This document shows, piece after piece, positions 1 to 19,835 of a DNA stretch of 64,000 nucleotides. The DNA is from Zygnema circumcarinatum SAG 698-1b (lineage: Eukaryota > Plantae > Zygnematophyceae), in assembly GCA_037447605.1 (NCBI GenBank), contig CM074813.1, positions 3,224,001 through 3,288,000 on the forward strand, in the 5' to 3' direction. The translations under genes and the position numbers were made by a program. Each line of letters opens with the position of its first letter. Within the stretch, counting starts at the first letter, position 1. Below the pieces are notes generated by a model. The model was not told the DNA's origin. It searched no databases and saw only the letters and a list, made by a program, of their open reading frames with translations.

Positions 1-850
1 GGAGAGGGCCCCGCCCCCGCACAGAGCACGCAGCACCGTACAGCGCCGCCGCATCTACAGCGCCACGCCGCTGCTGCATCTATTGTGCCGGCTGCAGGCA
101 GAACTGGCTTTGCCACTGCTTCATTCGTTTCCTTTCAAAGGCGAGAGCTTGGAGGACAGCGGTTGAAGCAGGGTGGCGCAGGAAACTTGCGTGGAGGAAA
201 AACAAATACAAACCCACTACGCTGCCATTCAGGTGAGCTTTCAGGAAACCACAGATCGGATAACCTGCGCCCTACACTGCTGAGATCACTCTCAAAAGAA
301 GTAGCACAATGATACAAAAGTTTACATAAATGAACTCGTGCTTTTACAAACTGGCTGAGCGCTATGTTCCCTACATGGAACTCGCCAGGGCCATAGACAC
401 TGCCTGTACGAATTGACGCGCCTGACCATTACTATGGGGCCATTGGACGCACGGTCTTAGATGAAAGTACCGCTCAGAACAAAGAATTAAAAAAATTTGT
501 TATCCAAAAAAAAATAAAACATACTCTACCTCAAAACCTCAGAGTCCCTTCCATTAAAAAGGTGGAGAGACTGAACGAAAAGGAAAAACCCCAAGCTCTC
601 ACGGACTCGAGCAAGCGGCAGGCAGCGATCTCCCTCGGCGGCAGCTCGGCTCGCCTCCGCCCACAGTTCGCCGGCCGGATGGTTCTCTGCCGCACATGCA
701 TGCAGTCGCTGCCTTCCACGTCCTTATCGAGCCTCCCTTTGGCTCTCTGCCTCCCAGACGCCCCCTCCATATACAATGGAACAACATGGGAACGCAATAA
801 CTGCCTCCCCTGCATCTGTAGGTATGCCGCGGAGGGCGCGGGCCTAGGCC

Positions 851-2525
851 CTACGGGCTGCCGGAGGAGATGCCTTGACGCTTGAGGCGCGCCATGCGGC
901 GGAGGAGGCGGCGGAGGTGGTTGGAGTGGTCCTCGCGGGCGGTCTTGGAGAGGCGGCTGACGCTGGCGGGGCCGTAGCTGTCCGGCCCGCCCACGCCCCA
1001 CTCGAACCAGTGGCCGCAGTTTGAGAACGTGTAGTGGCCGGGCACGTCCGCCTGGAACACGCTGCTCGCCAGCACGTAGGTCGGCGAATACCCGCACGCT
1101 GAGTCGGAGTAGGTGTAGCACGCGCCTGCAGGCAGCCATACACAGCGGAAGGGCGGGGGGGGTTAGGGCACCGCGGAGGGGGGACTATCGATTGAAGGCA
1201 ATTGAGGGCGCAGAGGGGCAAATCACCTGTGAGGTTGCCGGCCGCAGGGTTGGGCGCCCAGGACCACCAGGAGCAGCCCGAGTCGTCGAGGCCGTTCCGG
1301 CAGAGCGCGCAGCAGTCCCCCACGCTGAGCGCGTCGCCCTGCCACTCCTCCCCTCCGTACGGCGACACCACGCGGCCGAGGTGCTCGCTGGGGTACGCGG
1401 GCGGGGCCGCGAGGACCGCGGGGAGGCTCGCGTCCGTCGGGCAGACCGCGCAGTCCCAGCTGCCGTCCGCCAGCGGACACAGCCCGGGCTCTTCGGCTGG
1501 GGGCGGAGGAGAGGGAGAGGGAGGTGGCGAACGAGGAGGACTGGGTGGAGGAGAACGTGGAGGGGAAGGGAGACGAGGTGAACGCGGAGGAGGAGTGGGA
1601 CGTAGTGGAGGGGGAGATGGCGGTAAAAGAGGAGGACGCGGAGGGGGAGGCGAAGGAGGGGACGGAGAGGGCGGAGGAGGGGGTGGTGGAGGGGATGGAG
1701 GAGGTGGAGATGGGGGGGGGGTTGGAGGAGGTGGAGATGGGGGGGGAGTTGGGGGAGGTGGAGATGGGGGGGGAGTTGGAGGAGGTGGAGATGGGGGGGG
1801 AGCTGGAGGAGGTGGAGATGGGGGGGGAGCTGGAGGAGGTGGAGATGGGGGGGGAGTTGGAGGAGGTGGAGATGGGGGGGGAGTTGGAGGAGGAGGGGAA
1901 GGAGGAGGAGGAAACGGAGGGGAGGAAGTGGGAGGAGGGAAGGGAGGCGGTGGAGAAGGGGGGGAAGGTTGTGGGAGTACGCATTTGACATAGGAGTGAT
2001 TTCCGGGAGAGGCGTGGGGCACCACGCGGAGGGTCCTGCGCAGAAAGCAGCCGCTCCGGACGCCCACCTTGAGGAGCCAGAAGCCGACGCACTTAGCGCC
2101 CTCGCGCGAGCACTGCCCCGCGCACTGCTGCGGCGTGCGGGGGAAGATCCAGAACAGGTTCCGCCCGAACATGTTCATGTCCTGCACCAGCGCGTACCCC
2201 GCCACCTCGGCCCCGCACGACCCTGCACACCCGCCCCCCCCGCCCGGCTCAGCTCTGCCTGCTCGACCCTGCCCGCGCCACCCGCATTGCAGACGGGAGA
2301 GAAGGCGCTTTGGTCGGAAAAAAAAGTCTCATCCGTCATTGCAGCGAGAGTATGGAAGTAGGTAGAGAGGGTTGGGTGCATAGGCCCTGTAGTGGAGGAT
2401 AGAAACGACAAGCACATGCGAGGCAGGTACAAAAGTGACGTACCGATGACAGGTGTCGTGCTTTGGGCGTTCGTAAAGAGCACCGCGGTGGCGAGGAGCG
2501 CCAGCAGCTTCCAGAAAACCGCCAT
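851..2525 (-). CDS. Secreted proline-rich (extensin-like SPPPP) cell-wall glycoprotein with Cys-rich PAN/apple-like domains; 3 exons (2444-2525, 1227-2222, 851-1125)
   Basis: ATG at 2525 gives the signal-peptide-like MAVFWKLLALLATAVLFTNAQS. GT-AG introns at 2223-2443 and 1126-1226 are both phase 1 and keep the frame. A Cys-rich module (QQCAGQCSREGAKCVGFW...CFLR) is followed by about 130 aa of SPPPP/TPPP repeats, then a second module (DCCALCRN...GCSWWSW...GACYTY). Stop TAG at 851. Confidence 0.8.
1680..1900 (-). repeat. Coding 27-bp tandem repeat (about 8 units) encoding SPPPP(T/A)PPP
   Basis: The unit ggaggaggtggagatggggggggagtt and its variants are repeated directly on the + strand. Confidence 0.9.
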
Positions 2526-4638
2526 GGCTCTGTGGAGGGAGGAAGAGGGAGGGGGGGAGGGAGGGAGGGGGGGGGAGGGAGGGAGATTCGCGGTTGGCAG
2601 GCGGTGAGCGCAGGCAGCGCCGCTTTAACCAACGGCCGCTCCCCCCCTCGAAGGGCGCTCGGCCAAGTGGCGCCGCGTGCCGTACGCTCTGCAGGCCACG
2701 TGGCGCCGCGCGGTTGGCGGGGCCGCCCCCGCCCGCTCCGCTCGGCGCCCGTTACCGTATGGTTTCGTACGGCGTTGTACGGTACCGCCCGCCTGCGGCG
2801 ACCGATCGGCGCGCAGGTGCCGGCGGCAGGTCAACGTTTGTCGCGTAGCGTGGAAGTTCCCCGGCGCGACCTGGCGCGGCAGGCCGCGAGTTGCGCGCCC
2901 TCGTACGGACAGTGCCTGTACGGATGGCCGCCCGGGCGGGCGGGCCGCGCGTCGCGCCGCGCGGGGGCCGTCCGCGACCTGCGCGGCAGGGCGGGCGGGC
3001 GGGCGGGCGGAGGCAGGGCGGGCGGGCCAGGGCCAGGGCCAGGGGGCGGCAGGCGGGGGGCGGCGCAAGCCACGTGGCGGAAAGCGGCGGATTCCCGCGG
3101 GCCGCGCCGCCCCGCCAGGGGGGACACCGGACATGGCGCTGCCGTCCGTACAGCGCGGGCGGTGAGGGGGGGCCTCACCACCCCGGTCGCGATGTCGGGA
3201 GGGGGGAGGAGGAGGAGGAGTAGGAGGCAGCCCATGGCCGCGAATGGCCCGCAGTAGGGGGGCACGGAAGAAAGGAGGGCTGCACAGCCCGGACCGTCGA
3301 ATCAACCATTGTTGCAATGGTTGCGAACAATTGATTCGCAACCCGACCAACCATTCCAATGGTGGCAACCATTAGATGGCAATGATTGCCAACCATTGCA
3401 ATGGTGGCGAACCATTGGATCTAGCCATTGTCATCCAGAGGTTGGCCGCCCTGTGCGGGGCTGCGACTGCGCGGACTCCGTCTCAGCGTTTGCAGTGCAG
3501 TGCAGTGCCGTCCGCCCTCGCATCCTCACTATCCTTTCCTCGACAGGCTGCGGTTGTTGCCTGAAGAATTTACTCGCGATGCTGAGGTCAGCAGCGAGAT
3601 TGTGAAGTCACAGCAATTCCAATCGAGGTGAATGCCTCGCTGACAGAGCCCGACTTGGCCCCGACAAACGCTTCTCGCGCAAAGACACAGTGCACAGTGC
3701 GACAAGTACAGTGTCTTTGAGGTCACAGTTACGGTGCACTTCCAGGTGCATCACACGTGGCACTTATATTAAAAGGTACAACTATGAATGCACGACAGGC
3801 TGCCACTGGACTAGACAGGTTAGCGACACCAGCCTATGATGCCACCCCACAGACGGGCGTCTGCTTCTGCGCCATCAGCAGCGCGCGGCCGCTTTGCTTT
3901 CCTTGAGACCTGCGGACCTGCCTTCACGTTCAGCCTTATGGAATGGTCGCACTCACAGAGGGACAACACGACCCGCCTCAGCACCCCCTTTCACTCCGAC
4001 CGTCTGACGGCGTCAAAACTGAGCAGGCAGGTGGCGACTGCTCAGAGACCCCTTCAGGCGCATGGCAGCAGCGACAGCAGGTTCGAAATTATCCAGTGCG
4101 CACCGCTGTAACAGGCTCAGAGTGCCATGATGATACTGCCTCGCGTGCACGGGGGATAATTTGGAAGGCCTTCTAAGCGAAACCAAATGTGAGCACAGGA
4201 ATTGCGCTTGAGTCAGGGCACTTTGCGCATACTGCCGCCAGGGAAGGGTAGGGGAGGGCGGTCGACTGGAGTGCCTTCCTGAAGTTCCAGAACTCCCATC
4301 ACCCCCCCGCTCCTTGCTCGTCCGCAAGCCATCCATCCAACCGCAGCCACCTTAGCACAGAACCACTTCAGAAAAGCACAACGGGGTAAGCGACTCCAGC
4401 AACACAATGGACACTTCTTCACTATGCAATTTGAAGCCCTCTGCTTCCACCCCCTGCCTTCTCTCCGCTAACAGACACCAACAAGGCCTCCCTAGCTCCC
4501 TCCTTTTGGACAGACACGGTCAAGGGAAGGAGGCAGCATTTCCTTATTTTATATACAGCTGTCCAGCACCCTTTTATGGCCTCCCTCTGCGCCAGCTCGT
4601 AGACCTCTCCTAGCTACGAGCCTCTAGCTCGCTTCCAG

Positions 4639-7600
4639 TCAAATCGACTGTTGCAGCGGCATCATCTTTAACTCAGCTATCTGAGAATCCGTCATCTGCG
4701 GCTTCCATTGCGACGAAGATGACAGCGCCGGGTGGATGGCCCGATGTCTGGGATTGCTCGCACAGACCTTGAGGTTCTTCTCCCTCTCTGGCGGGGCATG
4801 GTGCACCTTTTCCAGCATACCCTCCCACGTTCCGAGGGGTGCAGAGGAGCCCCGAGTGGTTTCTACTTGCGAGGTCTGCCCCCCCTTCTGCCCTGCCCCC
4901 CTGAACGGCGGAATGGCGTCCACAGGCAGGGAGCCCCGGGCCGAGTGCTTGTCCTCCCCGCGCTCCGCTCCCCCGCCGCCCCCCGCCGAGGCGCTCCTCT
5001 CTGCAGGAACGTGCGCCGCCCCGCTTGCGGCCTTCTCGCCGCTCAAACTCTCTGTGCGCAGAACTCTCATGAGGGAGCCCCTTCGGGGAGATGAGCTCGT
5101 CGATCGAGCCAGCCCCAATTTCTCCTCCGCGGCCTCACTCTGCCAGCAGACGCGCAAAGGACATGCAATGAGTCCCATAGTTCAGATCAAGTGACGGAGG
5201 AGCTCAATGGATGCAGGGACACGAGAAAAAGAGACAGGAGCCCTCGCATCTTGCCTACTGCCCAGGAACATATCTCTGCTTTATTCGAGCGAGCCATCAT
5301 CTCTTTCACAAGCAAGAGGAAAACGTGGGTCCACAACTCCAGCCTCGACAAAATCTATGCTGTAGCATCATCCAGCCAACAATCAACCAACGACGACTTA
5401 TCTCCTTTTGCAAACAAAATGGCAGTCAAAGGAGACTCTCTCAAAAACCATATTACAAGAGGGACTCAGCGCTGTGTCGGTATGCGGGGGCTCCAAGGTG
5501 GAGGATGGGAGGCCTGCACACCCGCCGAGGCCCCGCATCCTCCAGCCTCCACTTAGCCCCAGACTTACTGGGGACAGCCTGCATGTCCATCCTCTTTTCC
5601 TACCTTTGTAATCGATTTCATTTCTACTTCCAAGTATAATCCTCCTGTACCGCATGAAGAAGACCTTCTGCTTTTCCAGTCCTAATCAAACAGTCAAAGG
5701 TGGATAGGACATCATCGTGTAAGGCAGGAGAGTTGAAAAGAAATAGAGCTAAGCCGATACATGGGCATGAAAGAAAGAGAGAGTGACAACGAGTGCAGAA
5801 GTTTCTGCTGCGATTTCTGCTGACCTGCGCCTCCAGAAGGTCGTCTGTGGAGAGCGAGAGGAGGCCGTCCCCAAAGCTGGGCGGTTGCGCGGAGGCGGCC
5901 GAGCGCCGTACAGTTGCGGGCGCGCCAGGTGGCAGCGCGGGGCTGCCGCTGTCGATGCCCGCCTGCCAGCGCAGCTCGAGCATCTCCTGCTCGAGCTGCT
6001 GCTTGCTCTTCAGGGCAGTCCACAGGGAGGATTCCAGGTGAAGGTTCTGCACACAGGGACACACCAGCTGTTCAGAACTATAGTAGAAGGAAAAGCTCCT
6101 TTTGGATAAATCTGCTGCATTATTCAGAGCATAAAGCACCTGCATAGCCTCGACATGACTAGATGTTCGTAGAGAATGATCAAAATACAATGGGCGCAAC
6201 CAGAAAGTCGTTCAAAGTAGCCAAAATGTCGACTAAAACGGTTTAGTTTGGAAAAAACAGAGTTTTGAGGCAGACCTGCCGCTGCAGTTCACGAAACTGA
6301 CGATCCTTCTCTTCCAGGAGGTCCTTCAAACTTTCATAAGGGCAGGATGAGAGGTGGTCCTCCAAATCTCCTCGCATGCATATGTGGCCGCAACCGTGCC
6401 TTTGGTGAGGACACCGCACTTCAACACTGGGACATGTCTGCACACCTCATCCAATTGATCCAGTAAATTTTCCCACTGAGACAAGTGGTTTTGGTTACAC
6501 AAGTGCAATGGGTATCACCAACACAGTTAGGTCACCACGTCACAGACAGCCACAAGACAAGGAAACAAAAAGATGAAAACAGTAGCAACCATCCTAAGAG
6601 ACTTCGTACTTGCTGATGCTCTTCCCATATCTGAGTTCGCACTCGCTGACCACACTTGCAATCTTCCGACCGAAAAATGCACTCTTGCTCGTGGGCTCTG
6701 ATCTGCCCTCTTCTTGACATAGCTTGGCATCCATCTCGCTCGAATGAGCATGCCACCATTACATGGCCACACTCCTGCAAGTGCAGCGAGCGGTCCCCCA
6801 GGCGGAAGGTCACAGTGCAGCCCCCGGCAATCTGCAAGCAACAGAGAGTGCACAATAAGTGAATAAACGAAGAACAGCCGACAAGTTAGGGTTAGGTTTG
6901 GGTCTGGGTGAGGACATAGACTACTAAAGAAGGACTTACCCCAGATTCATATGTCTCTGTCTGAACATTGAACGAGACGCCATAATCGCATCGAACTGTG
7001 ATGCTGTCAATGAGGTCCCGCACAATCCAGCAAGGGCCAAGGCGATCTTTGCGAACTACAGAGCGGCAAACAGGGCAGCGAGTGCAGGGGGTATTAGACG
7101 TCGGAGAGAGGCACTCTTCACTGTTGTTTAAACTCTGCAGAATGCATCTCTCGCAGAACGTATGTCCACATGGCACCGTTGTTGTTGGCTGGTCAAGCAC
7201 ATCAAGACAAAGTGGGCACCTGGCAAATAGCAGCACAGTATAAGAGTGGCCATATCAGCCGAGTACAAAGAGTTGACTGGAAAGTCAAAAGGTTGACAGA
7301 AGTACCAAAGCACAGCAATACAAGAGACAAACTCTCAGAGGAACTGCCTGACCACTCATTGCCAGTGTTGAACCTGTATCAGTGACACACAACATCAAAA
7401 AGCTTGTCATATGCCCCTCGACCACTGTGCTGATTTTAGAATCCCTACAACGATACATTGGAGAAAAGAAGCTGCTTGCAGCTCATGAAATCTTTGCCTT
7501 GATTGATTGGCACCAAAAATCTGCAAGTGGTCCCTAAAAATTTCTTTTTCCATCCTTCTTTCTCAACAACTTGTAATCGAAAAAATTGTAAAAGCATTCA

Positions 7601-9126
7601 ACACAATAGTTCTCCGATAGAACATCCGCGTCCACGCCAGAAGAAGAGTCACCAAATTCTTGAAGAGAATTCTAAAGTCCAACTCTCACTAGTTAAGTCA
7701 TCACTGTATAGAAAGACAACCCCTACGGACAGCCTTAAGGAAGGCTTAAAGAAGAGTAGGAGAGCCGGTGTCAATAATTTATCCGTCTTAAACAACGCTG
7801 GCTATAAATCCAAAAACGTTCAAGAACTTCACAATCATCAGATCCTAAGCTCCGATTTGAAACCATGGGTGCCAAAAACCCGTGTTTGCACTATCCCGAT
7901 GTTGGATCTTGTCGCCAAGAACAAGCACGTCTAACTTCAGTGTCAATGAGAAATAGCCTACAGCTGACGAACTTAAAAAAAACTTGTAGCATGTAATTAC
8001 CGACAAAATAAGTTCACGTGGACAACACACCTATGATGGGGAATCAAACTACGTCGAGCAGAAAGACGCAATCATAAATCAAGGAGATACTACATCTGCG
8101 GTCTCTCAGCGGACAGGGACATAAACCTCAAATAGTGGCGAGAAACAGACACCGAGCAAGAAAGCCAGGAACAGGAACGGAGAAAAAAAACTTCGAATAA
8201 CCAACAGATAAGGAAAGACGATGGATGAGGGCAAGTGTAGCGGGTATGAAGAAGCAATTGAGAAGATTCAAAACACACGGGACTAACAAAGAAAGTAGTG
8301 CGAGGACACAGGAAGCGGGACGCAGAAAAAGCAGACGGACCAAGTCTGAATGCAATCGGCCATGCACGTGCCAATTTCTCAGAGGCAACGCGAGAGTCAA
8401 TGAGAGTGAGAGAAGTCGTATTCAGCTGGTAAATCGCTTCCCGTGCTCTGTGCAAACCCATTTCTCTCCGGATAGCCCCACCATAGTCTGCGAGGTTGCA
8501 ACCCTAATCTCTGCCGGCACATGCAATCTGACAAACTACCGACCCTGTTGCAATTGCTGCCAGAAAGTGACGGGCCTCACTACTTATCGGATGCTAGCAG
8601 GTCTCAAGCGCCGATGCCTTGCGCACAGTGGTGACGTGAAGGAAGCGTGAAGATGCGGCAGTGAGAAGGAAGGCGAGCGAGCAAGCCGCGCGGCGGGAGG
8701 CCGGCGCGCGGGCGAGCGCACCTGAAGCCCTCGGGGATGGGCGCGGCGGCGAGCTCCTCGGCGGTGGGCATGCGCGGGATGGCGGAGGCGCCCTCGCCCG
8801 CCACATCGCTGGAGCCGCGGATGGGCGCGCGCCCGGACGCTGGCGCCTGCGGCGAGCTATGATACCGCAGGTATGGCGGCGGCAGGTCCTCTGGATACTC
8901 GCGCACGGACCCGCTCAGGCTCAGGCCCGCCATGGCCGCGCCCTGCAAACACAACACTAACTTTCTCACCACCGGAGCGCGCGCCGGCTAGAACTCTGAG
9001 GTACACAGAGGCGGCAACGTGAGAGCGTGGCGGAGGTGGATGGCTGAGGGCGAGGCCCGGGGCCCGGGGGGCGGGGTAGGGTGGTTGCACCAAAGGAACG
9101 GCACCGTAGGGCAGGGCAGCCGCCAT
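4639..9126 (-). CDS. RING-HC (C3HC4) plus TRAF/SIAH-type zinc-finger E3 ubiquitin ligase with coiled coil; multi-exon, terminal exons uncertain
   Basis: Spliced EGFR|CPLCLDVLDQPTTTVPCGHTFCERC...CPVC (RING). Then GCTVTFRLGDRSLHLQECGHVMVACSFERDGC...HEQEC and TCPSVEVRCPHQRHGCGHICMRGDLEDHLSSC (TRAF-type fingers). Then a coiled-coil-like stretch (LLEEKDRQFRELQRQ...QQLEQEMLEL). The junctions checked are GT-AG and in phase. The start (9126, or the 8932 region) and the last exon are inferred. Confidence 0.85.
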
Positions 9127-9397
9127 GGACGATGGACGTAGGGGCGGAGGGAGGGAGGGAGGGAGCGAGGGCGGGAGGCGCGACGTGACGTGACGCCGCG
9201 TGACGCCCAACCGCTCGCTCGCACGCCGGAGCCGGACGGACGGACGGACGGACGGACGTTGCCGCGCCGACCCTCCCTCCTTCCCTCCCTCCGTACCGTC
9301 CGCCCTCCCTTTCCGTACGCCGGCCATGGCCAGTTCGCGAGGCGCCACTAGGGATGGACGGATGTCCGTACAAGCGACTTTTAGAGTTTTAGATTTC

Positions 9398-10219
9398 GGA
9401 GAATGCTACTGCACCCCCTATTTTGGTTATTACACCCCCTTTTTTGAAAGAATTGCCTGCCCATTTTGGTTATCCCACCCCCTGTTTTGGATATTTCACC
9501 CCCGATTTTGGATATCCCACCGCCCTGTTTTTTCCTTTTCACTACTGACTTCCAACATTGTGCAACAAAAGAAAAGGAGATCTGCATTGATCTCAAGATG
9601 TTGTTGTTTTTTATCGCTATGCCTGCCGATATTGATGTGAAATCCTTCGTGCTTGTAGTGCTCGGTCATGACTTGTAAGCTCATCGCGGGTCTTATACTC
9701 AGTTGGTAGCATTTTTATGGACATTGCAAACCGAGAATAGGAGGGGAGGGCAAGGGAGGGCAGGGCAGGGGATGGGAGGGGAGGGCAGCGGTTGGTTGCC
9801 AAGCGATAGTTTGGCACAGGTTTGCTGGGTCCGCCAAACAGTTGCTCGCAACCATGGGCAATGGTTGGCTGCGTCCATTGCACCCGTCCCATTGCGTTGT
9901 CGGATCCCGGTGCGAATCGGGAGTCGCGACAGAGGGTGGCGAGTAGAACGCGGTGTCGCCACATCCTTTGTTTTCAGTGTCATGTTTAGAAGGAGAAAGA
10001 TACTGCACCCCCCCCCCCATTTTGGATTTCCCACCCCTCCCCCTTTTGAAAATTTTGCCCTCCCATTTTGGTTACCCCAAAAGAGGGGGGTGGAATATCC
10101 AAAATAAAGGGGGTGAAATATCCAAAGGGGGGGGGGGGTGGAATAACCAAAATGGGCGGGCAAATTTTTCAAATGTGGGGGGGGGGATAACCAAAATAGG
10201 GGGTGCAGTAGCATTCTCC
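9398..10219. mobile_element. Non-autonomous DNA transposon (MITE/foldback-like) with 33-bp terminal inverted repeats
   Basis: ggagaatgctactgcaccccctattttggttat at 9398-9430 has its exact reverse complement at 10187-10219. The flanks tagatttc and tagattta match at 7 of 8 positions (possible TSD). Subterminal ttttgg(a/t)tat..caccccc modules are repeated. No transposase ORF. Confidence 0.65.
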
Positions 10220-10441
10220 TAGATTTAAGTGTTAGAAGTTTAGAACCTTCTAATGCTCAAAAGTTTCAGAGTCTTAGAACACTTTTAGAATTACCGTACT
10301 ACCATTGAATTTGAACTACAGTATCCCCCCTAATATTTTCCATTCGAGGACTTTCGGTACCCAAGAAAATCGCGCTGATTTGGAGGAAACCAAATTTCTC
10401 CGCACTTAGTCGGTGTTAATTCGGCCGGTGAACAGGAGAAA

Positions 10442-10925
10442 TAGGAGAATGGTACTGCACCCCCTATTTTGGATATCCCACCCCCTTTCGAAAATTTTGC
10501 CCTCCCATGTTGGTTATCCCGCCCCCGGTTTTTGGATATTTCACCCCCTTCTTTGGATATCTCACCCCCCTCTTTTCTCCTTTTAACTACTGACTTCCAA
10601 AATTAGGGGATTTGCATTGATCTCACGATGGTGAGGCCATCAAACGAACACGGACGAAGTCAACATGGGGAACCACGACAAAGTAGTCCCAAAAGACCTC
10701 AGCACAAAATAAAAAAACTAGGAGCAGAAAACTAAAATAGAATCTAAACTAAATTAGGCCTAAGCGCAAAAACGCAGCCCTAAAAGCAGCCGCATAGATC
10801 ACCGATGTGGGCAACCGTTACTCTTTGTTGTTATTCTTCGTTTTGGGGTTAGGATCGTAGACCCCCTTATTAAGGCAAGTTCTTAAGTGCCAAAATAGGG
10901 GGGGGGGTGAAATATCCAAATGACC
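10442..10925. repeat. Second, partial copy of the same TIR element family
   Basis: 10444-10630 closely resembles 9398-9600 (gagaatg.tactgcaccccctattttgg...actactgacttccaa...tgcattgatctca.gatg). An inverted end fragment ccaaaataggggg..gtgaaatatccaaa lies at about 10890-10920. Confidence 0.6.
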
Positions 10926-11035
10926 CAGCCAACTGCTGCCAATGGTTGAGGACCACTGGGGATGATTGCCAATCATTGCTATGAAAGAATACTTGCCAAG
11001 TGTTGGCAGAGGATGGCGTTGGGCCTTGCACCGCC

Positions 11036-11065
11036 TTCCCGCGCTTTTTCGTTCCGTTTTCCCGC
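11036..11065 (+). promoter_or_regulatory. E2F-type sites upstream of MCM3
   Basis: TTTCCCGC at 11058-11065 and TTCCCGCG at 11036-11043, about 160-190 bp upstream of the MCM3 ATG. TTTSSCGC is the established E2F consensus, and MCM genes are classical E2F targets. Confidence 0.6.
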
Positions 11066-11226
11066 GCCCTCCCGCACCCTCCCGCACCCTCCCGCGACAG
11101 CGCGCCGCGCAGCGCATCGGGTCGCGGAGGGGAGGGAGGGAGGGAGGGAGAGAGAGGAGGTGGTGAGGGCGAGGGCGGAGGGGGAGGGCGGAGGACGGGG
11201 GGAAGGAGGTGCCGGCGGAGAGCGGG

Positions 11227-18499
<7,273 letters not shown>

Positions 18500-19835
18500 A
18501 AGGTGATGGAAGATATTCGTCAGTCGATAGCACTGTATGCGGCAATTAGTTGGAGATGAAAAAACGGAAGTTGCGACTTCCTCTTCAGTCCGATGCATAT
18601 GTACATCCTGAACGGAAAAGCCAGTCTGCTCGACCACGCGGCGGCACCAGTCTCGGCTCCGCACGGAGGCCGTGGGAAACAACTGAATGCTCGTCAATGG
18701 AGCAGCCGTCCTTTTCTTTCAAAGCATGGCTGTTGTAAATGGAGCACTGTACGTGACTTCGCTTTAGGGACCATTGCCATAGTGCCGTTAGGGAAGCTCC
18801 CCAATGGTGGAGTGTACACAACGAAGCGCAACTAATAGTACTGACGTGTGCAAAAGCCTTTGTTGTACTCATACTGCGTGTTGCTACTGAGAACCTTTGA
18901 ATGACACCATCACCCTCCTATCCTCTCCGTTTGCCGGTACTTAAGCTGTGCCCTTCAAGACTTGATAAAAAACCTTTTGTCAAACGCGAGTGGCCTCTGG
19001 AAGCGCTACTATGATCTGTTCATTCAACTTACTCTTGGAAGGCACAACTATCCCCCAACAGACGGTGGTAGGTACAAAACGATGCTCTTACTCCGCAGAC
19101 ATATCAGCGTTGGGCACGACTTGTTATTTGTAAGGAATGTGCCCTGAGGGCTTTCCCAACACATTACGGTATACAGAAGGGCGATAGGGCGATTATAGGG
19201 CGATTCTCGCCCTCCTCTCATACACATCATTACCAACATGGATTCCAATCATTACCAACATGGATTCCAAAGCCGTGGAAAGCTGCCTTGAAATCCTTTC
19301 CCCTCCACATCACAAGGTCGCACTGTGAGGCAAGCAGAGAGGTACATTCGCACACGCCCCGCATGCCAAGGGAAGGGAAAGGGAGGCAAGCCAAGGGAAG
19401 GAACAGTGGGGCAGAATCATTACAGTGACCTTCACCGGCTTGCGAATTGCACTGTGGCAATCAACCGGCCGAGTATTCGCCAGTCAAAGCTTTATCTTTT
19501 TCTGCAGCGGCCTAAAGCTGCCTCGTCCTACGACAATTTGTGACAATACCATGGAAAAGAAAAAAGAAAAAAAGAATCTGCGACGTCTAGCAACTTTTGA
19601 TTTCCCGCAATAAATAAATTAATATACCCCTAGCCGGTCCGGATTATTTATCGGATCTACTCCTGTATGCATGCGTGCGTGCCTGCTAAACAGGACCCAC
19701 ATCCTTGTGCAGCACTCTTAAGAACCAAGATCTGTGCTTTTGATGCGACCAATACAAAATTAGTAATAAAAAGAAATGAATAATAAGTCCTGTCCTACCA
19801 TTACCTTGCCCCTTCTTGACTGCTTCCATACAGCT

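Noticed and set aside
1185-2092. Overlapping long ORFs in several frames (Gly-rich, Glu-rich, LLHL repeats)
   Set aside because: These are shadow frames of the 27-bp SP4-coding repeat. Only the 844..2205 frame links to a signal peptide through valid splice sites.
7503-7934. 143-aa AT-rich + strand ORF
   Set aside because: It lies antisense within a RING-gene intron, has a non-ATG start and shows no motif.
19180-19275. Short tandem duplications (agggcgat x3; 22-bp cattaccaacatggattccaa x2)
   Set aside because: Ordinary slippage duplications in the convergent 3' region between MCM3 and the E2 exon, with no further structure.
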